A stretch of 63,976 bases of DNA, filler included, from Candidatus Fermentibacterota bacterium (GTDB lineage: Bacteria > JAFGKV01), in assembly GCA_016928395.1 (NCBI GenBank). It is 8 parts of 8 records of this genome, joined end to end, with 100 filler letters (N's around TTAATTAATTAA, not from the genome) between each part and the next. Parts side by side here need not be neighbours in the genome. Positions count along the whole stretch, not along the records: positions 8,751 to 18,004 come from JAFGKV010000322.1; positions 18,105 to 29,321 come from JAFGKV010000323.1; 6 more parts are not named here. One strand, 5' to 3'. This document shows, in pieces, positions 9,122 to 18,452 of this stretch (position 1 is its first letter; every line of letters begins with the position of its first letter). A program made the position numbers and the translations under genes. The notes under the pieces were generated by a model that worked only from the letters and a program-made list of their open reading frames with translations, made no database searches and had not been told where the DNA came from.

Positions 9122-10675
9122 CTACGGCCAATAGCGGGCAAGTGCCGTTTCGGCTGAACCGGCGCATCCGGCCGCCACGATCCTACCGTTGGGCTGGATA
9201 CAGACGGCCCGGGCGTGGTCCCACCCGCCCGTGCTGCCCAAGTCCGTTGTGACTATGCCCATGGTCCCGAACTCCATATCCCGCGAGCCGTTCTCGGTGT
9301 ACCTATAGAGTGAGAAGATCATATTCCCAACGCTGGCCACCACAATCTTCCCGTCAGCCTGGACGGCCGGAAATCCTACCTTCTCGAAAAGGGCGATCTG
9401 GCCGGCATCCGGTTCATGCACTAGCCCCGCCGAGCCGAATGCACCGTCCAGGGATCCATCGGTCGCCAGACGCAACATCACGAACACCGGAGAGAACATA
9501 TCGCCGGCAAAACCCGTCATGACAAGCCTGCCATCCGGTTGATCGACTATCTTGGCCACCACGAATTCGTCGCCCATATCGATCATCGCGGTACCGTGTG
9601 CCCCGAAGGTGCTGTCCACCACTCCCTCCGCCGTGAATCTCACCACCCACGCAGCCCTGTCTGCGCTCCCGGCAACCACAATGCGCTGGTCGGGGAGGAC
9701 GCAGAGATCGGCCACTTCGAAGGCTAGACCGAGGTCAATCGTGACACTGCCGTCACCACCGAACGACTCCTCAGGCTCGCCTGTTGAGTCGTAGGCACTC
9801 ACTATCAAGTGGCCGTCCTTGGTTCCTGCGACGATCAGCGTGCCCGAGAGCAGGACTCCCAGGGGATTCTCCCCGCCGCTCGTATCCAGGTCTGTGATGA
9901 GGATTCCTCCGACCCCGAATGCATCGTCCAGGGCCCCATCCTGCTGAAAGCGCACCATGGCTTGATCCTGCAACGTCTTGCCTGACAAGCTGATCATGCC
10001 GCTGGGTCCGACGGCGAAGTTCGTACCATGGGCGGATGAGCCATCGATGGAGACACTGGCGATCCCATTTGCCCCGAATGACGCATCGAGAGCCCCCTCT
10101 GCGGTGTAGCGAATCACCATGAAGTCACCCTTGGTCGAGTACAAATCCAGCCCGTTCCCGGCAACGAGGATCTTGCCGTCCGGCAGAGTGGCAAGATCCT
10201 GGACCTCACAACGTACATCTGAAACCACAATGCCGCCAAGCCCGAAGCTCAGATCCAGTTCACCGTTGCTCCCGTCTGCCGACCCATCCGCGCGCTCCGC
10301 CTCCCAACTTCCATGATCACCTTCCTCCGGATACACATAGGTCCCAGAACCGGCGTTGTCGTCTATCGTTCCCGAGAACTCAATTCGTCCTGCGATGTCC
10401 CCGAAAGTGACGGAGTTGCCGTGGATGCTCCCCTGCACGTCGGCATTCTGCATGCCTATTCCCGGGATCGTGATCTTGCCGCCCAAGGATGTTTCTTGGC
10501 GGAGGAGGGTGGCGAAGAACTGGCCGCTTTGAGTAAAGACCGAACTCTGCCAGGTGCCGGTCCACGTGCCGTCGATCTCGGCCTCCTGTGTCGGATCGGT
10601 ACTGTCTCCACACGAAACGAGAAGGACGATGCCGATACAACAGCTGATCACCACTACGGACCAAGGGCTTCTCAT
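9122..10675 (-). CDS. Lipoprotein with seven delta-60 (DUF5122-like) beta-propeller repeats
   Basis: AGGAGGT RBS before ATG at 10675; lipobox LLVSC; seven LD.SFG..G repeats with QPDGKI(L/V)VAG-type motifs. Confidence 0.85.
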   Translation of the reverse strand: MRSPWSVVVISCCIGIVLLVSCGDSTDPTQEAEIDGTWTGTWQSSVFTQSGQFFATLLRQETSLGGKITIPGIGMQNADVQGSIHGNSVTFGDIAGRIEFSGTIDDNAGSGTYVYPEEGDHGSWEAERADGSADGSNGELDLSFGLGGIVVSDVRCEVQDLATLPDGKILVAGNGLDLYSTKGDFMVIRYTAEGALDASFGANGIASVSIDGSSAHGTNFAVGPSGMISLSGKTLQDQAMVRFQQDGALDDAFGVGGILITDLDTSGGENPLGVLLSGTLIVAGTKDGHLIVSAYDSTGEPEESFGGDGSVTIDLGLAFEVADLCVLPDQRIVVAGSADRAAWVVRFTAEGVVDSTFGAHGTAMIDMGDEFVVAKIVDQPDGRLVMTGFAGDMFSPVFVMLRLATDGSLDGAFGSAGLVHEPDAGQIALFEKVGFPAVQADGKIVVASVGNMIFSLYRYTENGSRDMEFGTMGIVTTDLGSTGGWDHARAVCIQPNGRIVAAGCAGSAETALARYWP

Positions 10676-10983
10676 CCCTACTGACCTCCTGCGCAAAGAG
10701 AACATCGAAATGCCACACCACTCCACATGCAACCTGTCGGCGTATGTGTCAAGAGTGGATCGGATTCTGACTCTCTACCGCCGACCTAGTCCTCCATACT
10801 CCACGGCGGTTCTGAACTCGGATTCAGAAGTACGGAATCATTCGACCGTCGCTGCATCGAGCGCAGCCGGAGATGGCGTGGCAGTCTGCGGAGTGTAGCG
10901 GTGGTTTTCGCCGTGTTGAACAGAGGGGTCTTGGGTCGGCTGACGCGGGGGCGTCGGTGAAATGTCAACGCGCGAACCTCAAC

Positions 10984-11019
10984 CGTGAGAAAGCTAAGCC
11001 CCCGGCTCTGCCGGGGGAC
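10984..11019. mobile_element. IS200/IS605-type terminal hairpin remnant, no tnpA
   Basis: aagcccccggc-tct-gccggggga resembles the subterminal hairpin of IS200-family elements; no Y1 transposase ORF adjacent. Confidence 0.5.
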
Positions 11020-11093
11020 CATGGATGGAGGGTTCATAGGAACTCACTGAGGAGCTCGAATACCCCGGAGCGAATCGGTCGATATGCGTCGGC

Positions 11094-11125
11094 CTGGATT
11101 GCCCGAACGAGTCGGGCAATGACGG
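11094..11125. repeat. REP-like palindrome
   Basis: attgcccga-acgag-tcgggcaat, perfect 9-bp stem in a ctggatt...aatgac context. Confidence 0.55.
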
Positions 11126-11447
11126 AGGGAAGTATGGAAGTTGCGCCCTGTATCGTCCGGGAGAGCTCGGGACTCCCACGTGTGTGAGGGTACATGGACC
11201 GTTCGACCGCCATGCGGTGCTTTCGACGCCATACTCCACAGTGTTTGCCCCGCACGCAGAGGTGGCGGAACGATATCCTACCCTGCTCGATTCACTTCTG
11301 GTTGTTCGCCATTGGGTGCAGGGTTCCAACGGGGCAACGCTCTGGCGCACCCACAGTATAGCAGCGCCTTCAGGGGCCGGGTGAGACTTGAGGAGGCGAC
11401 AAGACCGATGTCCGGGCGGCCCCCGCTGTTGCGGCGCGGTCATGGTC

Positions 11448-13076
11448 CTAGTGGACAGTCGCCTGGCCTTCCATCCTTTCGCGGTCTTGCTCCTTAATGG
11501 TCCCGCGCCGGTCGGCATCTCGCGGCGGCACAGACGGGGCAGACCACGGGGCCTCGCCTATGGCCGACCGGAGTGCATCCGAGGCACTCCGGTCTAGAGG
11601 CTCTCGGAGGCCCAGGCCATGGTACATCGCCTCGAATCGCGCCTGCGCCGTATAGGACCGCAGGTCGGGATACTGGGCGAACAGCCGGCGATGGGATTCC
11701 ATGGAGGGGATGGGGGCATCCTGGCTCTTGACTTGCACTATGCTCTGCTCTTCGAACCCGATCCTAAGGCCATACACGAGGTAGTCGAAGGCGATGTCTG
11801 CCCCGCCTGACGGCCCTCGCACCACCAGTTCTTCAGGGGAGATCGATACAACCGCCAGAGGTACCGGCTCACCTCGGGGAGTCAGATGGGCGGTCAGGCC
11901 GATATCGGGATTGGTGACCCACTTAAAGGTCTCTCCCAGACGAACCCGTGCCTCGCCATCGACCAGCCGCGCGGATCCCCGCGTATACGTCGCGACCTCA
12001 TCTCCCTCCGGCGCCACATAGACGATCACCTTTTCGCTGTCATGGGGATGGTTCTGCACGAAGGCAACGCTGGCGCTTCCGTAGATCTTGTAGGTATCGT
12101 AGGCAACCCGGGCCCACGAGCCGCCGCCGGTATTGTAGAAGTAGCCTGCCGCGAAGGGCGACTTGCCGTGCACCCCGTATCCTGAGACCGCGACGCTTTC
12201 GAACCGACCACCCGTGGCGGTCCCCTCAGTGGAGTGATTCTCGCCCTTGACGCCGGCCCCCAAGGAGGCATTGGTCTCGCCGTAGAGGCCGTAGCTCTCT
12301 CCGGCGGTTCGTGTGGCACTGCCGTGGACACCATAACCGTAGGGTGAAGCGATCAACCCGTAGACGCCCTTGGTCGTGCCGGTCGTTGCCGTGGCCAGAC
12401 CGTGGAGTCCCCACCCCGCCGACGATGCGGTTTCCCCCCACACCCCCGTGGTCGATCCCGATCCCGCGGCGGCATAGCCCACGACTCCCCTCCCTGCGGA
12501 GGATGCACTGCGCCCATACACGCCGCGGGTGGTGCCTGAGGCTGCTGTCGCATTGCCGTACAACGCCCACCCGCCACTGGAGGGTGTAGAGCCCCAGAGA
12601 CCATCGGCATTCCCAGTCGTCATGGAATTGGCGCCGGAAATCATGGCGGCAGGCAAGGCACCCGTCACGGACGTGCCCGGCACCAGCCCGCTGGCCATGT
12701 AGGCATACCCGACGCTGGCCATCGGTTGGCGGGGCGTCTGCACCACTCCATCAAAGGTGACCTGAAGCCAGTAGTTCGCATCGAAGGCCAGGATTATGGC
12801 CGGCTGCGGAGAGGCTCCCAGTACGACGGAGAACACCCCGCCTTCTGTCGGGATAGAGACATCCCCACTCTCCCATACCTGCGTGCCGCCCGAGGAGGCG
12901 TTAAAGAGACGAAAGCTCATGGTGTAGGTGTCGTCGCTCACCGGCACGCCTCCGGCATCGGTGACGCGGCCCTGGTAGCTGATCATCAGGGGAATCTCGC
13001 CCCGCGCAGCGCCGGCCAGAGCGACGAGGAGCATCAAGGTGAAGACTGTCGTCGGATACCTGGACGATCCACGCAT
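11448..13076 (-). CDS. Secreted protein with Gly-rich G(V/L)(Y/W)G repeats, fibre-like
   Basis: AAGGAGGT RBS; signal peptide ending ARG; N-domain IPLMISYQGRVTD...YTMSFRLF; more than 10 G.YG-type repeats; C-domain FVQNHP...PEGDEVATYTRG. Confidence 0.75.
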   Translation of the reverse strand: MRGSSRYPTTVFTLMLLVALAGAARGEIPLMISYQGRVTDAGGVPVSDDTYTMSFRLFNASSGGTQVWESGDVSIPTEGGVFSVVLGASPQPAIILAFDANYWLQVTFDGVVQTPRQPMASVGYAYMASGLVPGTSVTGALPAAMISGANSMTTGNADGLWGSTPSSGGWALYGNATAASGTTRGVYGRSASSAGRGVVGYAAAGSGSTTGVWGETASSAGWGLHGLATATTGTTKGVYGLIASPYGYGVHGSATRTAGESYGLYGETNASLGAGVKGENHSTEGTATGGRFESVAVSGYGVHGKSPFAAGYFYNTGGGSWARVAYDTYKIYGSASVAFVQNHPHDSEKVIVYVAPEGDEVATYTRGSARLVDGEARVRLGETFKWVTNPDIGLTAHLTPRGEPVPLAVVSISPEELVVRGPSGGADIAFDYLVYGLRIGFEEQSIVQVKSQDAPIPSMESHRRLFAQYPDLRSYTAQARFEAMYHGLGLREPLDRSASDALRSAIGEAPWSAPSVPPRDADRRGTIKEQDRERMEGQATVH

Positions 13077-13410
13077 GGGATACCTCCTTGTCTCGTGGGT
13101 ATGTGGATGCCCGCACGCCCACAGCGTACGTACAATGACGCCCATACGAGCGACTAGTATCAAAATACGCCTCGTCACTTCGATACGCCATCATTCCGTA
13201 TTCACCGGTGGCAGGTTTCGTTCGGATCGCAGTATTCGGATGTACCGCTTGGCAAGGGGATCAGTCGCCCGTTCATCAACTCCACCATTGCCTCCCATGT
13301 TCGAATCACTCAGGCTGCCGCCTGCGGCGCCGCTTGTCAGGGCATGGGTTGTGGCCTTCATTGGGTGGATACCATTCATTCCTGGCAGGGGGCCGTCTTG
13401 GAGGTGACAG

Positions 13411-15087
13411 GTGACTGCTTCTTTGATGCTGGTGCTTATGCTACTCTCGACGGGGCGTTTCCCCGAGGTCGAACCCACCTTTTTTCCCCGAGCCGGGACA
13501 CTGGCGGGCGACAGCCTGGCCGTGCTGACCAGTCCTCAGCAGCTCATTCCGGCATACTGCCCCAGCATCGTCGGGGCCATGGGAGAGCTGACCGTAGCCA
13601 TCTCCGGCGACAGCGGCCTGGTCGTGCTGCACAGCGCGGCGCCGGGGGAACCCTGGCAGCCCATTACCGCGATCGGCCCCTGTGACACACTCCCCCTCTG
13701 CCCGTCCTTCCCAGGACTCGTGGCCGAAGATCAGGGCACGGCGGCGCTGTCCACCATCGTTCAGAGATGCTCCGGCGGCACGCCCTACGCCTTCTATCAG
13801 ACGCTCGATCCCTCCTCCCCGGATTCGTGCAGCGCGTCCGGAATGACAGTGACGGATTCGGCACCGGATTCCTCGGCCGCGCCCCACGACCCGGCCTTGG
13901 TGATACCCAGTCGTGCCGATGGTCTGGTTGCCCTCTCGGTGTGGGATCCCACCACGTGGGATTCCTACCTGTTCACCCTATCCGAAGGAGAAACTGCCTT
14001 CGCTCCGGATCCGACTGCCTGGTCCTCCGCCTTCCCCCGCCCCGACACGATTCCCGGCGGCCCCACACCCATCGCGGTCGGTCCATCGGGAGAGATCACC
14101 GCCTGCGTGCTGGCAGAGGCCGGCGACTCGCTGCACGTGGCGCTCCAGCCTTGGGTCACGAGGAGCAGGGATGGCGGCGAAAACTGGGATGAACTCGTAC
14201 TCCTCCCGGCCGAAGCCCACGGATCGGCCCTGGGGGATTCTCCGGGGCGAATGCCCTATGGATCCTTCCGCGGGGGGACCTCCTGGTATGGCCCTCAGCT
14301 CGTCTATGCCGGGTCGACACCTCTGGTGTTCTGGACCGCCCGGCGCTCTCCCGTCGACACGTCAACCGCCGAGGAGCGCCTCTGGTCGGTTGCCCGGGCC
14401 CTGCTGTGCTCCTATCCGACCGATGATGGATGGCAGACAACCTATGTCGGCAGAGCGATGAACGATTCGGCGCTGGCCTACGATACTGCTGACTGGCCCA
14501 CCGTGGCGCTCGATGGCCGCAACGCCGTCGTGCTGTGGTCAGACCTGTCGGAAGACGGCAGCAACCTGGATGTGTGGGCATGCGGGCACGATGCAGGCAC
14601 CGGCACCTGGACGGAGCCGGTTTCGCTGACGGCCACCTCGGGGAGCGAAGCCTTCCTGGAGGCCGCAGGCCCGGTGACGTCTACCGGCGACTATGCCCTG
14701 CTGTGCGGTGATGCGCGCCTTCTCTACGGTGAGACCTCGGCACTTTGTCTGACCTCTTTCCGTCTCGACCCGGTGTACGACGCGGGGTTTCGCACCGATG
14801 TGCTGCCTGCGCCGTCATCCGTGCCTGATGGTGCACACCCGGCTGTCCTCACGCTGAAGATACATCCCAACCCCGCCTCTTCTTCTTTCCGGCTGGTGAC
14901 ACCGGCGAGCATTCAGCTCACCAGGCTGACCGTCTACGATCTGGTCGGCCGCCAGAGGCTCCAGATCCACGAATCGTCTGCATTGCAGGCGCCAATACCC
15001 GTCGCTGCCCTGTCGCCGGGGGTGTATCTTCTGGTCTGGCGGGCAACCGAGGGGCGGGGCGCCGTACCGCTGGTAGTGGTGAACTAG
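13411..15087 (+). CDS. Secreted protein with T9SS-type C-terminal sorting-like domain
   Basis: GGAGGT RBS; BNR-like SRDGGENW; C-terminus HPNP...VYDLVGR...LSPGVYLL. Confidence 0.75.
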   Translation: MTASLMLVLMLLSTGRFPEVEPTFFPRAGTLAGDSLAVLTSPQQLIPAYCPSIVGAMGELTVAISGDSGLVVLHSAAPGEPWQPITAIGPCDTLPLCPSFPGLVAEDQGTAALSTIVQRCSGGTPYAFYQTLDPSSPDSCSASGMTVTDSAPDSSAAPHDPALVIPSRADGLVALSVWDPTTWDSYLFTLSEGETAFAPDPTAWSSAFPRPDTIPGGPTPIAVGPSGEITACVLAEAGDSLHVALQPWVTRSRDGGENWDELVLLPAEAHGSALGDSPGRMPYGSFRGGTSWYGPQLVYAGSTPLVFWTARRSPVDTSTAEERLWSVARALLCSYPTDDGWQTTYVGRAMNDSALAYDTADWPTVALDGRNAVVLWSDLSEDGSNLDVWACGHDAGTGTWTEPVSLTATSGSEAFLEAAGPVTSTGDYALLCGDARLLYGETSALCLTSFRLDPVYDAGFRTDVLPAPSSVPDGAHPAVLTLKIHPNPASSSFRLVTPASIQLTRLTVYDLVGRQRLQIHESSALQAPIPVAALSPGVYLLVWRATEGRGAVPLVVVN

Positions 15088-15089
15088 CC

Positions 15090-16367
15090 ATGACACAGGC
15101 AGATCTTCGGATAGATATGGAGGGGCTGGAGGTCAGCTCCCCCGAGTTCGATCTCGTGGTTGACCTCGTGGGCCGCCTCAAGGCCCGCCTCATCGCCAAG
15201 ACGGTGCCGGGCTCGGAGTATACCGGCTGGGTTACTCTGCCTACAGACATGATGCGACACCTGAATCAGGTCACCGCGCTGGCCGAGGAAGCCCGGCGCC
15301 GCGCCGACGCCATGGTGGTCGTGGGCATCGGCGGCTCCTACGTGGGCGCTCGGGCCGCGTGCGAGGCCCTGGGCCGGGGCGTGGACGGCGTCGAGCTGCT
15401 GTGGGCCGGATGGTCCCTGAGCCCGGTGATGACGCGCCGGCTGTTTGACAGCCTGGGCGGGCGCGACTTCACGATCAATGTCATCTCCAAGAGCGGCGGC
15501 ACCATGGAGCCCGCCTTGGCGTTGCGGCTCCTTGGCGAGTATGCCCGAAACCGTTACGGTGAAGGATGGATCGATCGAGTCATCGTGACCACGGATCCAT
15601 CCAAGGGCGCCCTGCGCCGTTGGGCAGGCGAGCACGGCATCACGGCCCTGGACATCCCGCCCTCGGTGGGCGGCCGGTTCTCAGTGCTCAGCCCGGTAGG
15701 ACTGCTCCCTCTGGCCTGTGCCGGTATCGATGTCGCTGCGTTGCTCTCCGGCGCCCTGCAGATGCAACACGTTACCGAATCGAACCCTCTGGGTGACGAT
15801 CCCGCAGTGCTCTACGCCGCGGCGCGTTGTGCGCTGGAACAGCAGGGCCGGGTTGTGGAAGTATTGACGCTCCCGGGGCCAGAGCTGCACCAGTTCGGGG
15901 AGTGGTGGCGCCAGTTGGCCGGAGAAAGCGAAGGCAAGCACGGCGCGGGCATCTGGCCCTCGCTGCTGACCCTGACGACCGACCTTCACAGCGTGGGCCA
16001 GTATCTTCAGGACGGGAGACGCATGCTCCAGGAAACGTTTCTGGCCTTCGATGAAATCGATGGCGAACCGCTCATTCCTGCCTCGGCGCCGGTGGCCGAT
16101 GGCTTGGACCTCGTCGCGAATCGACCCCTGGGCCTGGTCAATCGAATTGCACTGGAGGGTACCCGTCAGGCCCACCGCGCAGGCGGCGTACCGGGGGTCA
16201 CCATCAGTACCCGAAGGCTCGATGCTCAGTGTCTTGGGGCTCTCTTCTACTTCTTCCAAGTCGCCGTGGCCCTGACCGCCCTGTTCCATGGGGCAAATCC
16301 CTTTGACCAGCCCGGCGTCGAGGCCTACAAGAAGAGCGTGAAGGCCAGGCTGGACTCTTTGGCGTAA
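15090..16367 (+). CDS. pgi: Glucose-6-phosphate isomerase
   Basis: GIGGSYVG, SKSGGTME, GGRFSVLSPVG, ESEGK, DLHSVGQY, NPFDQPGVEAYK. Confidence 0.95.
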   Translation: MTQADLRIDMEGLEVSSPEFDLVVDLVGRLKARLIAKTVPGSEYTGWVTLPTDMMRHLNQVTALAEEARRRADAMVVVGIGGSYVGARAACEALGRGVDGVELLWAGWSLSPVMTRRLFDSLGGRDFTINVISKSGGTMEPALALRLLGEYARNRYGEGWIDRVIVTTDPSKGALRRWAGEHGITALDIPPSVGGRFSVLSPVGLLPLACAGIDVAALLSGALQMQHVTESNPLGDDPAVLYAAARCALEQQGRVVEVLTLPGPELHQFGEWWRQLAGESEGKHGAGIWPSLLTLTTDLHSVGQYLQDGRRMLQETFLAFDEIDGEPLIPASAPVADGLDLVANRPLGLVNRIALEGTRQAHRAGGVPGVTISTRRLDAQCLGALFYFFQVAVALTALFHGANPFDQPGVEAYKKSVKARLDSLA

Positions 16368-16372
16368 CCGCG

Positions 16373-17656
16373 ATGCTTGTCACTCTTGCGGGGACGAATA
16401 CCCCGCTGCGCGCTTCGCCAGGTGATGCGACTCCCGAGGTCATCTGCGCCGCCTATGCCAGGATCAGCCGCAGCCCGCTCCCCGTACACGAACTCCGCGC
16501 CAGGGCCCGTGATGATCTTCCCAAGACCCGGGCCTTCACCGAACGAATCGTGTACCATCTGGGACATGAGTCGGTCGCTGAGCATGCGGTATTCAACCTC
16601 GACATCCTTGGCATTTCCCGGCTTGTCACCGAGATCGTGGAGCATTCACGGCTGGCGTCATATACCGAGCGGTCCCAACGGTACATCTGCCTCGGAGAGG
16701 ACTTTCTGATCCCCCATGAGGCCCGGGAACTGGGGTTTTCCAAGTCCTTCGGGGACTTGGTGCGCCAGCAGCATGCGGTGTATCGGGCAGCCGCAAAGCG
16801 CCTGAGCGCATCGGGCGATTCCCGGGCGGCCAAAGAGGATGCGCGGTACGCTTTGGGACTGGCGACCACCACGCAGCTTGGGCTCACGGCCAATGCCCGG
16901 GCTTTGGCCTCCATGCTCGCGCGGCTGGAAACCGGGCCATTGCACGAAGCGCGAACGCTGGGCAACCGCATTCGTCGCCTCGTTGCCCGCGTAGCCCCCG
17001 CTCTCATCCCGGCCAAATCCCCCAGCGAAGCTCCGGTCGAAACGATGGGGATCAATGGACTCAGCCCGTGGGTCGTGAGTGCGGATGCGCCGGCCTTGGT
17101 CTGGCACACTCCCGAACCCGAACAGGCGGTACGCGACGCCCTTCAGTTCTGCGGTGGGAAGTTCTGGCAGCCCCGACCCGTCGCAGACGGTGCTTCGGCG
17201 CTCACGGTGCTGCCCCGCGCCTTCGAAGCGGTACAGCTTGCCTTTGTTGTGGTGGTCAGCGCCTCGGCATTTGCCCAGCTCAAGCGCCACCGCATGGCCT
17301 CGATCCTGGCCCAGCCATACGATCCGGCCCTGGGCCTGACCATCCCGCCGACGGTCGAGGCGGCCGGCATGGCCCGTGAATTTGAGGAACTAGCGTCGCG
17401 GTCAACGGAGATGAGGGTCGCCATGGCCAAGGATCATCCCGCGGCGGGCGCCTACGGGCTTCTCAATGCCCACCGGCGGCGGGTCCTGCTCGTCATAAAT
17501 GCCCGCGCCTTCCACCAGATGGCTCGTCTCCGTCTTGACCACCACGCCCAATGGGACATTCGCCGCCAGGTCGGCCTCATGACAGACGAGCTGCGGGCCC
17601 GCCTCCCATCCCTTGCTCGCCTCCTGAGTGTGCCTGAAGGAGAAACGGCCGACTAG
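16373..17656 (+). CDS. thyX: FAD-dependent thymidylate synthase with two tandem ThyX domains
   Basis: GHESVAEHA, RLASYTERSQRY, EDARY...NARAL in domain 1; QLKRHRMAS, NARA...LRLDHHAQWDIR in domain 2. Confidence 0.8.
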   Translation: MLVTLAGTNTPLRASPGDATPEVICAAYARISRSPLPVHELRARARDDLPKTRAFTERIVYHLGHESVAEHAVFNLDILGISRLVTEIVEHSRLASYTERSQRYICLGEDFLIPHEARELGFSKSFGDLVRQQHAVYRAAAKRLSASGDSRAAKEDARYALGLATTTQLGLTANARALASMLARLETGPLHEARTLGNRIRRLVARVAPALIPAKSPSEAPVETMGINGLSPWVVSADAPALVWHTPEPEQAVRDALQFCGGKFWQPRPVADGASALTVLPRAFEAVQLAFVVVVSASAFAQLKRHRMASILAQPYDPALGLTIPPTVEAAGMAREFEELASRSTEMRVAMAKDHPAAGAYGLLNAHRRRVLLVINARAFHQMARLRLDHHAQWDIRRQVGLMTDELRARLPSLARLLSVPEGETAD

Positions 17657-17917
17657 GATTCGCATAGCTCGCAGTTCATAGTCGACGGTATGCAGTTCAC
17701 CGCCCATCCCGTCTTCCCCTGTGCCCTTTCACCTCTTTCCGGCTTCGCTGCGCTCTCTGAAATGGGAGATAGGAGTAAGGAGGTGGGCAGCAGTCGGCCC
17801 GCTGAGCGGGAAGTTCGAGGCACGAGACCCGAAACATCAAAAAAGTGAGGAAGTAGAGAGGCAGAGAAGTGAAGAAGCTGAGGGGGGAGGAAGTCGGCGG
17901 AACCCCCTGGCTGCTGC

Positions 17918-17989
17918 CTAAGCTGTAACTTCCCGCCGCGGCACCGGAAGTTGCACCACGTATCGTCCGGGCGGGCCCGGGGCCCCCAC
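17918..17989 (-). repeat. 72-bp dispersed repeat (family B), copy 2, near contig end
   Basis: Reverse complement of 1759-1830 with one mismatch. Confidence 0.92.
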
Positions 17990-18105
17990 GTGTTTGAGAG
18001 AGCANNNNNNNNNNNNNNNNNNNNNNNNNNNNNNNNNNNNNNNNNNNNTTAATTAATTAANNNNNNNNNNNNNNNNNNNNNNNNNNNNNNNNNNNNNNNN
18101 NNNNA

Positions 18106-18285
18106 CCAATCGCGTCGATAGGCGCCGGCAGCTTTCCGCTGGGCTACACCGATGACAGCCCATACGAAGAGAGCGACATGGCCTTCTACCTGGTCGTGCC
18201 TGTCGATGTTGATGGCAATGCCAACCCTGACGGCGTGCGAAAGGGCGCCTACCGGTACACGATGAGTCTCACCGTGTCGGACTAG
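18106..18285 (+). CDS. 3' end of a probable secreted protein (FN3-like C-terminal module), 5'-truncated; absent from ORF track
   Basis: Manual translation PIASIGAGSFPLGYTDDSPYEESDMAFYLVVPVDVDGNANPDGVRKGAYRYTMSLTVSD*, resembling the C-terminus of the next gene. Confidence 0.7.
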   Translation, partial: PIASIGAGSFPLGYTDDSPYEESDMAFYLVVPVDVDGNANPDGVRKGAYRYTMSLTVSD

Positions 18286-18452
18286 CCACGCCCCACGCTT
18301 CGCATCCGTACGAAGTAAAGGCCCCTGCGTGGTGGGCATAGTTTGTGCTTCTTCGCTAGCGCGGCGATGCCCAAGCCTGTAGGCCCGGTCTCGCTGAATG
18401 ATGCGGATCGCAGGCATGCGGGGAGGTATCGAATTGACATGGGGGACGGAGG

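Noticed and set aside
11448-13076. Prophage, from the tail-fibre-like protein
   Set aside because: It has a signal peptide, and no integrase, capsid, terminase or other phage genes are present.
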